NCBI RefSeq assembly: GCF_017876815.1
Contig: NZ_JAGIOS010000002.1
Location: 780,001-812,000, forward strand
Direction of reading: 5' to 3'
DNA from: Sinorhizobium meliloti
Lineage (GTDB): Bacteria > Pseudomonadota > Alphaproteobacteria > Rhizobiales > Rhizobiaceae
Length of the DNA stretch: 32,000 bases
This document shows positions 1 to 9,835 of the stretch, one piece after another. Both the position numbers and the translations under genes were made by a program. Within the stretch, counting starts at the first letter, position 1. Every line of letters starts with the position of its first letter. A model generated the notes under the pieces. The model was not told the origin of the DNA, did not search any database, and saw only the letters and a program-made list of their open reading frames with translations.

Positions 1-753
<753 letters not shown>

Positions 754-758
754 GCTCC

Positions 759-1886
759 TCAATAGGGGTCGATTGCGTCGCGCAGGCCGTCGCCCAGCGC
801 ATTGAAGGCGAAAACGGTGACGAGCACGAAGGCGACGGGCGAGAGAATCCAGGGATAGGAACCAATCGCGGAATAATTCGCCGTGTCCTGCAGCATCAGC
901 CCCCAGGAGATCAGCGGCGGCTTGACCGCAAAGCCGAGGAAACTGAGGAAAGACTCGAGCAGCACCACATGCGGGATGGCGAGCGTCACCGCGACGATGA
1001 CGTGGCTCATCACATTCGGGAAGATGTGCTGGAATATGATGCGCCGGTCCGTCGCGCCGATGGCGATCGCCGCCCGCACATATTCGATCCGCGCAAGCGC
1101 CAGGGTCTTGCCGCGCACCTCGCGCGACATCTGCGCCCAGCCGAGCGCCGACATCACGATGATGACGAAGGCGAGGAAGACATTGGTCGGCGCGGTGACC
1201 GGGATCAGCGAGGCGAGCGCCAGATAGAGCGGCAATTGCGGGAAGGCGAGCACAAGTTCGACGAAACGCTGCACCCAGGCATCGAAGCGCCCGCCGAAAT
1301 AGCCGGACACCATGCCGACGGTGGTCCCGACCACGGTGACGATGAAGACGACGGTGAGCGCGATCATCAGCGAGATGCGCGAGCCGTAGAGGATGCGGGA
1401 CAGCACGTCGCGGCCGAACTTGTCGGTGCCGAGCAGATGCACCGGCGTACCGTCGACGGCACCGAACAGATGCCGCTCGGCCGGGATCAGCCCGAAGAGC
1501 CTGTAGGGTGCGCCCTTGACGAAGAAGCCGAGGACCTGCGGGTTGTCGTAATCCGGTCCGATGATCGGCTGGAAGGTAACGGGATCGAGCTCCTCCGTCT
1601 CCCGCACCGGATAGCTCCTCGGCGGAAAGACGAAATTACCCTCCTTGTCCCGGAAGCTGATCGTCTGCGGCTGAGCGAAGGCTACGTCCGTCGCCTTCGG
1701 ATCGACGGGCGACAGGAACTCGGCGAAGACCGCCATCAGGATCAGGAGGCAGACGAGGACAAGGCCGAGCAGGCCGGTCCAGGAACGCTTCAACCGGCGC
1801 CAGACGAGAGCGGAGTAGCTCTCGTGGTGGTGCTTTTCCTCGGGCTCGATCGCCACCGGAAGAGTGCTTTCGGCTTCGATGGTCAT
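759..1886 (-). CDS. agpC: Peptide/opine-type ABC transporter permease (DppC/OppC-like), 375 aa
   Basis: I trimmed track ORF 759..2555 to the internal ATG at 1886 (MTIEAESTLPV...). This ATG forms an ATGA overlap with the stop of the upstream permease at 1883-1885. The protein has hydrophobic TM segments and a BPD-transporter-type core. The 598-aa version would overlap the whole 3' end of agpB. Confidence 0.85.
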   Translation of the reverse strand: MTIEAESTLPVAIEPEEKHHHESYSALVWRRLKRSWTGLLGLVLVCLLILMAVFAEFLSPVDPKATDVAFAQPQTISFRDKEGNFVFPPRSYPVRETEELDPVTFQPIIGPDYDNPQVLGFFVKGAPYRLFGLIPAERHLFGAVDGTPVHLLGTDKFGRDVLSRILYGSRISLMIALTVVFIVTVVGTTVGMVSGYFGGRFDAWVQRFVELVLAFPQLPLYLALASLIPVTAPTNVFLAFVIIVMSALGWAQMSREVRGKTLALARIEYVRAAIAIGATDRRIIFQHIFPNVMSHVIVAVTLAIPHVVLLESFLSFLGFAVKPPLISWGLMLQDTANYSAIGSYPWILSPVAFVLVTVFAFNALGDGLRDAIDPY

Positions 1887-2896
1887 GCGTATACCCCCCC
1901 TCCCATGCGCACGCGCGGATCGAGCGCGGCGAGCATCATGTCGGCGATGATGTTGCCGACGATCAGCGTTGCGGAGAGGACCAGCATGAAGGTCGCCGTC
2001 ACATAGACGTCGCCCACCCACATGGAGCCGACGATCGCCGGCCCGACGGTCGGCAGCGCGAAGATGATCGCCGTCTCGATCTCGCCGGTCAGCATGTAGG
2101 GAAGCACGACGCCCTGATACATGATCAGCGGGTGCAAAGCGTTCGGCACCGCATGGCGCATGACGACCGCGCCCTCGCTCAGGCCCTTGGCGCGTGCCGT
2201 TTCGACATATTGCGCGTTCAGCGTATCGAGGAGGTTGCCGCGCATCACCCGCATATTGTAGGCGAGCCCGCCGAAGGTGGCGATCGCCACGACCGGCCAG
2301 ACATGCTTGATGAGGTCGACGAACTTGTCCCAGGACCAGGGCGCCCCGCCGTAGCGGGCGGAATGGAAGCTGTTGATCTCGCTCACATTGAAATGGAAGA
2401 CGAGGATATAGACGATGATCAGCGCCATGAGGAAGCGCGGCACCGTCATACCGAGAAAGGATACCGTCGAAAGCAGGCTGTCGATCCAGGAATATTGCCG
2501 CGTCGCCGCGATGATCCCGAAAGCGATGCCGATCACCGACGCCAGAATGTGGCATACGAGCGCCAACGCCAGCGTTCGCGGCAGGCGCTCGCCGACCACG
2601 TCGGCTACCGGCTTGTTGTAGTAGAGGCTGTGGCCGAAATCGCCGCGCGTCACGATGCCCGTTATCCAGTTGACGTACTGGATCGGCAGCGGCTTATCGA
2701 GGCCATGCTCCTTGCGATAGGCCTGCGCCTGGGCATCCGCCTCCTCGAAAGAGGCGCCGCCCTGATTGATGAGCTGCGAGCGGATGTAGTCGCTGTAATC
2801 TCCCGGCGGTGCCTGGATGATGCCGAAGGTCACCACGCTCAGGACGAGCAGCACCGGAATGGCAGAGGCTATTCGGACAAGCAGAAATCTGAACAT
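1883..2896 (-). CDS. agpB: Peptide/opine-type ABC transporter permease (DppB/OppB-like), 337 aa
   Basis: I trimmed track ORF 1883..3094 to the ATG at 2896 (MFRFLLVRIASAIPVLLVLSVVTFGIIQAPPGDY, a typical DppB N-terminus). A GAAGGAAA Shine-Dalgarno precedes it. Confidence 0.85.
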   Translation of the reverse strand: MFRFLLVRIASAIPVLLVLSVVTFGIIQAPPGDYSDYIRSQLINQGGASFEEADAQAQAYRKEHGLDKPLPIQYVNWITGIVTRGDFGHSLYYNKPVADVVGERLPRTLALALVCHILASVIGIAFGIIAATRQYSWIDSLLSTVSFLGMTVPRFLMALIIVYILVFHFNVSEINSFHSARYGGAPWSWDKFVDLIKHVWPVVAIATFGGLAYNMRVMRGNLLDTLNAQYVETARAKGLSEGAVVMRHAVPNALHPLIMYQGVVLPYMLTGEIETAIIFALPTVGPAIVGSMWVGDVYVTATFMLVLSATLIVGNIIADMMLAALDPRVRMGGGVYA

Positions 2897-3011
2897 GCCG
2901 TTTCCTTCTGTCTCGAGTTCCGCGAGAGCCATGCCTGCATCGGCTCGCGGCGGCGTGAAGGGCTTGCACCCTCGCCGGCTCCTTTCCGGAGCCGGCGGAG
3001 GCGGTTCAGCT

Positions 3012-5093
3012 TCAGTTGATCGGGCCGCTTTCACCGGGCTTGCCGGGAAGCTGCTCGGGATAGAGTTCGTAGTCGCCCTGCTTGTCGGCGGCAACGAAGA
3101 CCCGTTCGCGGATGATCGTGTCTTCCGCCCAGTTGAACATGAAGATCGGCGCGCCCGGAGGAATGTTCGAGAAGCGCTTGTTGATGATCAGCGCGCCCGG
3201 ATACTCCGTCAGGCCGACGGTATCGACATTGGTGGTGGCCACCTTCTGGTACTGCTTCATCAGCTCCGTTCGCTCGTCATTGTCGTTGCTGGCGATAAAC
3301 TTGTTGACGATGTCGACGAGCTCCTGTTCGTGGGGCATGACATCGACTTCGCCGCCTTCCGGAGCGCGGTGATGCCAGCTGGTGCGGGGGCCGGTCGGGG
3401 CGAGCTGAGGCGTGTTCTGCACCACGGATGCAAATTCCGCCGTGTTGCGATGAATCATCCAGTCGAAGCGGCCGGCATAATTGGCGGCGTCCCGCTGCTT
3501 GCCGTCGAGCGCATTGAGGACGACCCGGAGCCCGAGCTTCTCCATCTGCCCGACCATGCCTTCGGCAAGATTGCGGTCGGTGCTGTAGTCGGAATTGACG
3601 AGCAGCACGATTTCGACGTCGCGGCCGCCAAGCTTGCCGGCCGGGAAATTGACGAAGCCGTTGCCGTCCGTGTCCTTGAGCCCCACCTTTTCGAGAAGCA
3701 CCTTGGCGCCTTCGAGATCGTGGGGGTAGTAGATGGTGGAGTTCCGGTCGTAGAAGCTCGTGCCGGAAGAAAGCCCGCCCGGATAGATCGCCGTGAAGGG
3801 ACCCTTCACCAGGGCTTCGCCAAGCTTCTTGCGGTCGACCGCCATCGTGACGGCCTTGCGGAAGTCCAGATTGCGGTTGAGCTCCCGCACCGCCTTCGCG
3901 CGTTCGTCCGGGTCTCCCCAGCCATTGCCGGAGAAGTTCATGTGCATGTTGTAGCCGATGACGCGCGGGCCGAAGGCAAGTCGCGCCGGGGCGCTCTCAT
4001 TGGCGGCGCGCTTCAGCGACTCCACGAAGTTTTCCGGCTGTTCGAGGTTCGAGATATCGCCCGAACCCGCGATCGCCTGCACGTCGCGGTCGGCCCAGGT
4101 CGAGAGCTTGTAGTGGAGCTCGTTGAGGTAGGGCAACTGATTGCCGGCCTCGTCGACCTTCCAGTAATAAGGATTGCGGCGCAGCACGATAATGTCGTCA
4201 GGACGATAGGCGACCGGCACCCATGCACCCATCACCGGAAGGTTCATATATTCGGCGGGGAAGCCGTTCTTGTATTCGTTATAGGTCGTGCCGGCATATT
4301 TCGGATGCTTGGTCTTGAGGATATGCGACGGGCCGGGGCAGAAGGTACCGTAGGCCATTGCGAAAAGATGCTGGCGCGGGAAGGCCTCCTTGAAGGTCCA
4401 TTCGACCGTATACTGGTCGATCTTCTTGAGCGTCGTGCCCTCGCCGAAGGTTTCGGGCGTCGCGCCGTTCAACGGCGAAACGCTCGAGTCGAGGACATTG
4501 TCCTCCCAGTAGAACATGACGTCATCGGCGTCGAAGGGATCGCCGTCCGACCATTTCGCGCCCTCGATCAGATGCATGGTCAGCTTGCGGCCGTCCTCCG
4601 ACCAGTCCCAGCTTTTCGCCAGATTCGGCAGCGGCTCCATATCGTCCGCCTCGACCTGGAAGAGCGGCGCGGTGCGCGTCAGGCACTCGAACATGCCGAT
4701 GTCGATGCCGCCCCATCCTTGAGTCTGGCCGGCGCTGTAGTTCCAGCCTTCCGGCCGGCCGCCAATGACGTGGCGCATGACATCGCCATAGACGCCCATG
4801 CCGTCCGGCATGTTGCCGGCCTTGAAAACCATCGGCTCCTTCGGAAGCCGCTCGGCCATCGGCGGCAGCTTGCCGGCCTTGACGAATTTCTCCGTGACCC
4901 ATTCGGGCTCCCTGTATTCGGGCAGCGCCTTGAACTCGAGAATGGAATCGCGCGACACATAGGTGATCTTGCCCTGTGCCGGAAAGGGCGGCTGCTCGGG
5001 CACCACGGTCGGCTCGGATGCGAAGGCCTGCACGGCAAAGGCGGATATGCCGATCAGCAGGCTCGCGGTCATATTCAGTCGATGCGTTTTCAT
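3012..5093 (-). CDS. agpA: Family-5 periplasmic solute-binding protein, unusually long (693 aa). Likely the alpha-galactoside-binding protein.
   Basis: I trimmed track ORF 3012..5267 to the ATG at 5093 (MKTHRLNMTASLLIGISAFAVQAFA, a signal peptide). A GGAGGGAGAA Shine-Dalgarno precedes it. Context is downstream of a GH4 alpha-galactosidase and upstream of DppBCD-type components, as in the S. meliloti melA-agpABCD operon (from memory). Confidence 0.8.
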   Translation of the reverse strand: MKTHRLNMTASLLIGISAFAVQAFASEPTVVPEQPPFPAQGKITYVSRDSILEFKALPEYREPEWVTEKFVKAGKLPPMAERLPKEPMVFKAGNMPDGMGVYGDVMRHVIGGRPEGWNYSAGQTQGWGGIDIGMFECLTRTAPLFQVEADDMEPLPNLAKSWDWSEDGRKLTMHLIEGAKWSDGDPFDADDVMFYWEDNVLDSSVSPLNGATPETFGEGTTLKKIDQYTVEWTFKEAFPRQHLFAMAYGTFCPGPSHILKTKHPKYAGTTYNEYKNGFPAEYMNLPVMGAWVPVAYRPDDIIVLRRNPYYWKVDEAGNQLPYLNELHYKLSTWADRDVQAIAGSGDISNLEQPENFVESLKRAANESAPARLAFGPRVIGYNMHMNFSGNGWGDPDERAKAVRELNRNLDFRKAVTMAVDRKKLGEALVKGPFTAIYPGGLSSGTSFYDRNSTIYYPHDLEGAKVLLEKVGLKDTDGNGFVNFPAGKLGGRDVEIVLLVNSDYSTDRNLAEGMVGQMEKLGLRVVLNALDGKQRDAANYAGRFDWMIHRNTAEFASVVQNTPQLAPTGPRTSWHHRAPEGGEVDVMPHEQELVDIVNKFIASNDNDERTELMKQYQKVATTNVDTVGLTEYPGALIINKRFSNIPPGAPIFMFNWAEDTIIRERVFVAADKQGDYELYPEQLPGKPGESGPIN

Positions 5094-5232
5094 TGTCCCA
5101 GGTTCTCCCTCCTGTCTTCGCCAAGCCGGGGCGGCCGGCGCTCCTCTTCCTTCGTGGCACCCGCGTCTCCTCACGCAGGTGACCTCGCGCGTCATCTCAA
5201 TTTGCGGGCGATTTGCCCTGCTATCCGCCCCG

Positions 5233-5367
5233 ACCGGGGATTGCCCCTCATCCGGCCTGCCGGCCACCTTCTCCCCGCCAGCGGGGAGAAGGAGACTCGC
5301 AGCGCCCGCCTAAGTCCCCCTCTCCCCGCCTGCGGGGAGAGGGTTAGGGTGAGGGGCAATTCCGGGC
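5233..5367. repeat. Nested palindromic intergenic mosaic repeat (RIME/REP-like)
   Basis: There are two perfect 12-bp stems: 5267-5278/5281-5292 (CCTTCTCCCCGC/GCGGGGAGAAGG) and 5318-5329/5332-5343 (CCCTCTCCCCGC/GCGGGGAGAGGG). They are bracketed by outer inverted arms ATTGCCCCTCA (5240-5250) and TGAGGGGCAAT (5350-5360). Confidence 0.8.
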
Positions 5368-5383
5368 AGAGGTAGCCACTCTT

Positions 5384-6856
5384 CTACCCCGCAGCGCGCA
5401 GCTTCGCCGCTTCCTTCTCCGCGCGGATCTCCTCGATCGAGCGCACCTCGCGACGCGCGGCGCCCTTCCACTCCCGGGTGGCGACCGTGGCGCGGGCGAG
5501 CCTTTCCTTGGCCGCGTCGATTGCATGGGCATATTGCGGCAGCCATTTGGCCTGCGCGACCACCATTTCGTCGACCATCTGCCAGACTTCCTCCGGCGTG
5601 CAGATGGCGCCGACCAGCGGGTCGTGCAGCACGGCGAGCTTCAGGAGATCGATGTCGCCGGTGATCGCCGCATGAACGGACATGCGCTGGACGTTGACCG
5701 ACGAGATGCAGGTGGCCGCACAGGCCTCCGGCAACGTGATGCCTGCCACCATGTTGATGCCGAACCGATCGACGAAGCCGGGGGATTCGATGATCGCATC
5801 TGCCGGCAGGTTGGTGATCACGCCGTTGTTCTTAACGTTGAAGTGGCCGCGATAGACCCGACCCGTCTCGAGCGCTTCGAGGATGCGGCTCGCATGTTCG
5901 TTCGAGCGCCTGATCGTTTCCAGCGGCCGGCCCGCCTCTTCGAGGAAGCGCGGATATTCGGTCTCGAACCAGTTGCGGGTCTCGGTCGAATAGCGGAGAT
6001 ACCCGCCGGTCTCCCCGTGGATCCAGTCCGACATGTCGATCCACCTGGAGATCTCGTCCGGACGCTTGCGGTACCAGGGCAGGTATTCGGACAGATGTCC
6101 GTTGCTTTCGGTCGAATAGACGCCGAAGCGCTTCAATACGTCGATCCGGAGCTTCTCCTGCTTGGAAAAGACGGGATGTGCCTCGAAGGCGGCGACGAGT
6201 TCGTCCTTGCCGACCTTGCGGCCGTTGAGACGGACATCGACGAACCATGTCTGGTGGTTGATGCCGGAGCAGATGTAGTCGAGCTCCCCGTCCCTGGCGC
6301 CGAGAATCTCGGCGATCTGCTCGGCCCCGTGCTGGACGCCGTGGCAGAGACCGACCGTGTCGACCTTGCCGTATTCGATCGCCGCCCAGGTGTTCATCGC
6401 CATCGGGTTGGCATAGTTGAGGAACTTGGCGCCGGGCTCAGCCACCTCGCGGATGTCCTTGCAGAAATCCAGGATCACCGGAATGTTGCGCTGGCCGTAG
6501 AGGATGCCGCCGGCGCAGATCGTGTCGCCGACGCATTGGTCGACGCCGTACTTCAATGGAATGCGAATATCGTCGGCATAGGCCTCGAGGCCGCCGACGC
6601 GCACGCAGCTGATGATGTAGCGCGCACCTTCCAGCGCCTTGCGGCGGTCGGTCGTCGCCGTCACCCGCGTGGGCAGTTCGTTCGCCTCGACGATCCGGTC
6701 GAGGATAGACTTGATCATGGCGAGGTTGTGCTCGCTCAGATCCGTCAACGCGAACTCGACGTCCCGGAGCTCCGGCACGGAAAGAATGTCGGTGAAGAGC
6801 TTCTTGGTGAAGCCGATGCTGCCGGCGCCGATGATGGCGATCTTGAAGCTGGCCAT
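5384..6856 (-). CDS. melA: Glycoside hydrolase family 4 alpha-galactosidase (NAD+/Mn2+-dependent), 490 aa
   Basis: The N-terminal Rossmann motif is MASFKIAIIGAGSIGFT and the GH4 hallmark VGLCHGV is present. AGGAGGAA Shine-Dalgarno lies upstream. An AraC regulator is divergent and an agp-type transporter follows. Confidence 0.88.
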   Translation of the reverse strand: MASFKIAIIGAGSIGFTKKLFTDILSVPELRDVEFALTDLSEHNLAMIKSILDRIVEANELPTRVTATTDRRKALEGARYIISCVRVGGLEAYADDIRIPLKYGVDQCVGDTICAGGILYGQRNIPVILDFCKDIREVAEPGAKFLNYANPMAMNTWAAIEYGKVDTVGLCHGVQHGAEQIAEILGARDGELDYICSGINHQTWFVDVRLNGRKVGKDELVAAFEAHPVFSKQEKLRIDVLKRFGVYSTESNGHLSEYLPWYRKRPDEISRWIDMSDWIHGETGGYLRYSTETRNWFETEYPRFLEEAGRPLETIRRSNEHASRILEALETGRVYRGHFNVKNNGVITNLPADAIIESPGFVDRFGINMVAGITLPEACAATCISSVNVQRMSVHAAITGDIDLLKLAVLHDPLVGAICTPEEVWQMVDEMVVAQAKWLPQYAHAIDAAKERLARATVATREWKGAARREVRSIEEIRAEKEAAKLRAAG

Positions 6857-7051
6857 GGCCGTGCTATTCCTCCTCAGACTGCGACCTACGCGCTAAAAGG
6901 GTAAAATCAGTTCATTGGCCTGACCGGGATCGGCAATGCGGCATCCTCCTCGCCAACCCCTCGTCAAACGCCGCGATAACCGTATGTCTTGCGCGATCTG
7001 GGGGCATTATGTGTATAATCGGGTGCGCGACTAGAGAGGTATTGTGCTTTC

Positions 7052-7993
7052 ATGGGTAATTCTGTGCTGCGGCAACTGATCGATCGGGGACCGGCGATGC
7101 GGACGGTCTCACTGCCGCGGGGACGCCAGAGCCTGCACACGATGCCGACAAGTACCGGCTACGAGATCAGGACCGATGCAAGCTACGATTGGGACGGCCG
7201 CAAGCGCGGTCAGACGCCCTTCACCGTCCTGCAGCACACGATCGGCGGCGCCGGCAACCTGCGATATGAAAACCGCACCCACCGCGTGCGTCCGGGCGAG
7301 ACGCTGCTCCTGCTCGTCCCCCACAATCACCGCTATTGGCTGGAGGAAGGCGGGCGCTGGGAATTCTTCTGGATCTCCATGAACGGCGAGGAAGCGCTGA
7401 GGATCCACCGCGCCATTCTCGCCGTCACCGGTCCCATCATAAGGTTGCAGCCGGATACCGTGGAACATCTTGCCGACTGCAGCCTGCGCCTCATCGCCGG
7501 CGGCGAGACACCGGGCAGCGCCTCGGCGATCGCCTATGAGGCGGCGATGGCGCTCTATGACGATGTCTTCGGATCGCATCCGGTCCTTAGTGAAGAATAC
7601 CGGAAGATGCAGCACGTGATCGATCACATCCTGGGCAATCTCGGCAAGCCACTTCCGGTCGAGGAGCTCGCGCGCATTTCGGGCCTGAGCCGCGCCCATT
7701 TCTCCCGGGCCTTCGCCGCCAGCGAAGGCATGCCGCCGGCGGAATTCGTGCTGCAGAAGCGCCTGCAGAGGGCCGTAAAGCTGCTGACCAAGACCGCGGA
7801 TCTGCCGGTCAAGGAAGTCGCCATCCTGTCCGGCTTCGAGGACCCCAACTATTTCGCCAAGGTATTCCGCCGCGTCTTCGGCGCGAGCCCGACCGAGTTC
7901 CGCACCACCGGCATGTATGCGAGCGTACCTGCCACGGGCCGCAATGCGAGGACCAACGAATCCGTGACCACGTTGGCTGCGGCTTGCGATTGA
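7052..7993 (+). CDS. agpT: AraC/XylS-family transcriptional activator (cupin-like N-terminal domain plus C-terminal double HTH)
   Basis: The C-terminus contains LSRAHFSRAFAASEGMPPAEFVLQKRLQRAVKLL...GFEDPNYFAKVFRRVFGASPTEF, a canonical AraC HTH. It is divergent from melA. The start is uncertain: in-frame Met codons at 7097 and 7142 are alternatives. Confidence 0.8.
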   Translation: MGNSVLRQLIDRGPAMRTVSLPRGRQSLHTMPTSTGYEIRTDASYDWDGRKRGQTPFTVLQHTIGGAGNLRYENRTHRVRPGETLLLLVPHNHRYWLEEGGRWEFFWISMNGEEALRIHRAILAVTGPIIRLQPDTVEHLADCSLRLIAGGETPGSASAIAYEAAMALYDDVFGSHPVLSEEYRKMQHVIDHILGNLGKPLPVEELARISGLSRAHFSRAFAASEGMPPAEFVLQKRLQRAVKLLTKTADLPVKEVAILSGFEDPNYFAKVFRRVFGASPTEFRTTGMYASVPATGRNARTNESVTTLAAACD

Positions 7994-8002
7994 AAAAGCC
8001 GC
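7979..8002 (+). terminator. Possible weak stem-loop spanning the agpT stop codon
   Basis: GCGGCTT (7979-7985) pairs with AAGCCGC (7996-8002) around a 10-nt loop. The following sequence is A-rich and not a U-tract, so this is not a canonical intrinsic terminator. Confidence 0.2.
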
Positions 8003-8063
8003 GATAAAAATTTACTAAACGGAGTACTCCAGCGCGGCACGGCAGAAGGACGGATGGAACCGA

Positions 8064-9143
8064 ATGGTCACAATCAAGGAAATCGCGTCGGCCGTCGGCG
8101 TATCGTCGGCAACCGTCTCGCGCGTCCTCAACTACGATCCGACACTGTCTATCTCCACCAGGAAACGCCAGGCGATTATCGAAACGGCGGAAGCGCTCAA
8201 CTATGCGACGCCACGCAATCGCAGTCGTGCCGCCGCACAAGCGGTCGGCGTCGGGCTGAAGATCGCGCTCGTGCACTTCCTCGATCCCGCCCAGGAACTC
8301 GCCGATCCCTATTATGTCGGCGTCCGGCTTGGCATCGAGAGCCGCTGCCAGGCGCTGAAGAGCGAAGTCGTCAAGGTCTTTCTCACCGGCAACCCTCCGG
8401 AAGCGACGATCCTGGAGGGCGCCTCGGGCGTGGTGGCCGTCGGCCACTATTACGGCGATGAGCTCGAATGGCTGCGCCGCCACAGCCGCCACCTCGTCTT
8501 TGCCGATTACGCACCCGCCGGAGACATGGAAGACACCGTGCTCAGCGACGTCTCGCTGGCGATGACCCGGCTCCTGGAGGCGGTGCATGCCATGGGCTAC
8601 CGGCGCATCGGCTTCATCGGCTGGATCGACGCTTTCTACGGGCCCGACAACATCCATTCGGAGCGCCGTTGCCGCACCTATATCGACTGGATGACCAGGG
8701 CCGGGCTTTATGATCCGGAATTGTGCATGGTCGAGCCGATGACGCCGGACAGCGGCTACAAGCTTGCCAAGGCGATGCTGTCGAAGCCCAATCCGCCGAA
8801 GATCCTCATCACCTGCAACGACAATATGGCGCTCGGCGCCTACAGGGCCATCCACGAGACGGGGCTCAGGATTCCCGAAGATATCGCGGTCGCCAGCTTC
8901 AACGACATCCCGGTCGCGCAGTTTCTCGGGCCGCCGCTTTCCACGGTGAAGATCCCGGCGGAACTGATCGGCGAAACCGCCGTCGACCTGCTGCTCGAGC
9001 GGCTTTCGGGCCGCGAGGTCGCCAAGAAGGTGGTTTTCGGGACGGAAATCGTCTGGCGCGGCAGCACGCCGGCGCCGGCCGAGACCGCGAACAAGGCAGA
9101 TGATATCGTATCGGCCGAGCCGGTTCTAAAAATCCCAGGGTGA
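8064..9143 (+). CDS. LacI/GalR-family transcriptional repressor, probable regulator of the adjacent lactose-type operon
   Basis: The N-terminal HTH is MVTIKEIASAVGVSSATVSRVLN, followed by a periplasmic-binding-fold sugar-sensor domain. The last 18 bp overlap the 3' end of convergent vapC. Confidence 0.85.
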   Translation: MVTIKEIASAVGVSSATVSRVLNYDPTLSISTRKRQAIIETAEALNYATPRNRSRAAAQAVGVGLKIALVHFLDPAQELADPYYVGVRLGIESRCQALKSEVVKVFLTGNPPEATILEGASGVVAVGHYYGDELEWLRRHSRHLVFADYAPAGDMEDTVLSDVSLAMTRLLEAVHAMGYRRIGFIGWIDAFYGPDNIHSERRCRTYIDWMTRAGLYDPELCMVEPMTPDSGYKLAKAMLSKPNPPKILITCNDNMALGAYRAIHETGLRIPEDIAVASFNDIPVAQFLGPPLSTVKIPAELIGETAVDLLLERLSGREVAKKVVFGTEIVWRGSTPAPAETANKADDIVSAEPVLKIPG

Positions 9144-9539
9144 AATCAATTCGAGCCCTGCCGTGGCGAAATCCGCCAGGTTGCGCGTGGCCAATCGCCC
9201 GCCGTTCACTCTGGCTATAGCGGCAATCATCCCATCCGGCGCCGACATGACGTGGCCGTGCCTCGATGCCGTACCCATGATTTCACCGTATTCCATCGCC
9301 GCTTCTTCCGTCAGACCGTATATCCGGTCGGCGAAGCGCTGCCGCCAACCATCGAGGCCAAGCTGCAGACGGCCGGCGCGCTGATCCGGCACAATTTTCT
9401 GGATGCCATAGGCGATTTCGGCGATCGTAACCGTCGGGAGTGCAAGCTCTGCATCATAGCGCACGAGCCAAGCGATGACGGCTTCGGAAGGTGTCTTGCG
9501 CAGCGTTTCCGAAATGACGTTGGTGTCTACGAAAATCAA
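9126..9539 (-). CDS. vapC: Type II toxin VapC (PIN-domain ribonuclease), 137 aa
   Basis: The sequence starts MIFVDTNVISE (first PIN acidic residue) and contains ...TRNLADF. The size is typical. Its start and the upstream antitoxin stop share a 4-bp overlap at 9536-9539. Confidence 0.85.
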   Translation of the reverse strand: MIFVDTNVISETLRKTPSEAVIAWLVRYDAELALPTVTIAEIAYGIQKIVPDQRAGRLQLGLDGWRQRFADRIYGLTEEAAMEYGEIMGTASRHGHVMSAPDGMIAAIARVNGGRLATRNLADFATAGLELISPWDF

Positions 9540-9784
9540 AGGTCAGGACCCGGATGAGCCTTGCGGCTCTCTCTGATCACACCCTCGAGGTCGATGTCCG
9601 TGCCGCAACTCTCGAACAAGCGCGCATAGAAAGCACTCGCAGGCTCTCGGCCAGCTTCTCTGGTTTCATATAACTCAAGAGCACGCTCGACGATGTCAGC
9701 GATGGAGCGGTTCTCTCGCCGTGCAAGTCGGCGCGCCAGATCACGCGCTTTTGCACTTCGGACCGAAAGCTGTGGGGCACCCAT
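9536..9784 (-). CDS. vapB: Type II antitoxin VapB (Rv0623/PSK-type transcription-factor-like), 82 aa
   Basis: It is a small protein directly upstream of the PIN toxin and translationally coupled to it. The N-terminal segment SVRSAKARDLARRLARRENRSIADIVERALELYE resembles the antitoxin DNA-binding fold. AAGGAG Shine-Dalgarno lies 9 nt upstream. Confidence 0.75.
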   Translation of the reverse strand: MGAPQLSVRSAKARDLARRLARRENRSIADIVERALELYETREAGREPASAFYARLFESCGTDIDLEGVIRESRKAHPGPDL

Positions 9785-9806
9785 GCCTCAATACTCCTTT
9801 CCCCCA

Positions 9807-9835
9807 ATATAGGAGACGCATGCGATGCTAGCAAG
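9807..9835 (-). promoter_or_regulatory. Near-consensus housekeeping promoter for vapBC
   Basis: The minus strand reads CTTGCT-N17-CTATAT (-35 at 9835-9830, -10 at 9812-9807). The rhizobial sigma-70 consensus, from memory, is CTTGAC-N17-CTATAT. The -10 ends 22 nt upstream of the vapB ATG. Confidence 0.6.

Noticed and set aside
759-5267. Over-long N-termini of track ORFs 759..2555, 1883..3094 and 3012..5267
   Set aside because: The extended starts would overlap upstream genes by hundreds of bp or run into the repeat. Internal ATGs at 1886, 2896 and 5093 have Shine-Dalgarno sequences or ATGA coupling and give canonical N-termini (a TM helix or a signal peptide).
2817-5375. 852-aa plus-strand ORF, the longest in the track
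   Set aside because: It is entirely antisense to agpA, and its end is translated through the palindromic repeat. The composition is Arg/Ala/Gly/His/Asp-rich with no recognisable motifs, and no Shine-Dalgarno is present. This is a typical shadow ORF of high-GC DNA, whereas the minus-strand frame gives a clean family-5 binding protein.
7014-7019. Perfect TATAAT hexamer 33 bp upstream of the agpT ATG
   Set aside because: It is attractive as a -10 element. The only TTG-containing -35 candidates (CTTGCG/TTGCGC at 6988-6994) sit 19-20 bp away, outside the usual 16-18 bp spacing. I therefore left it uncalled.
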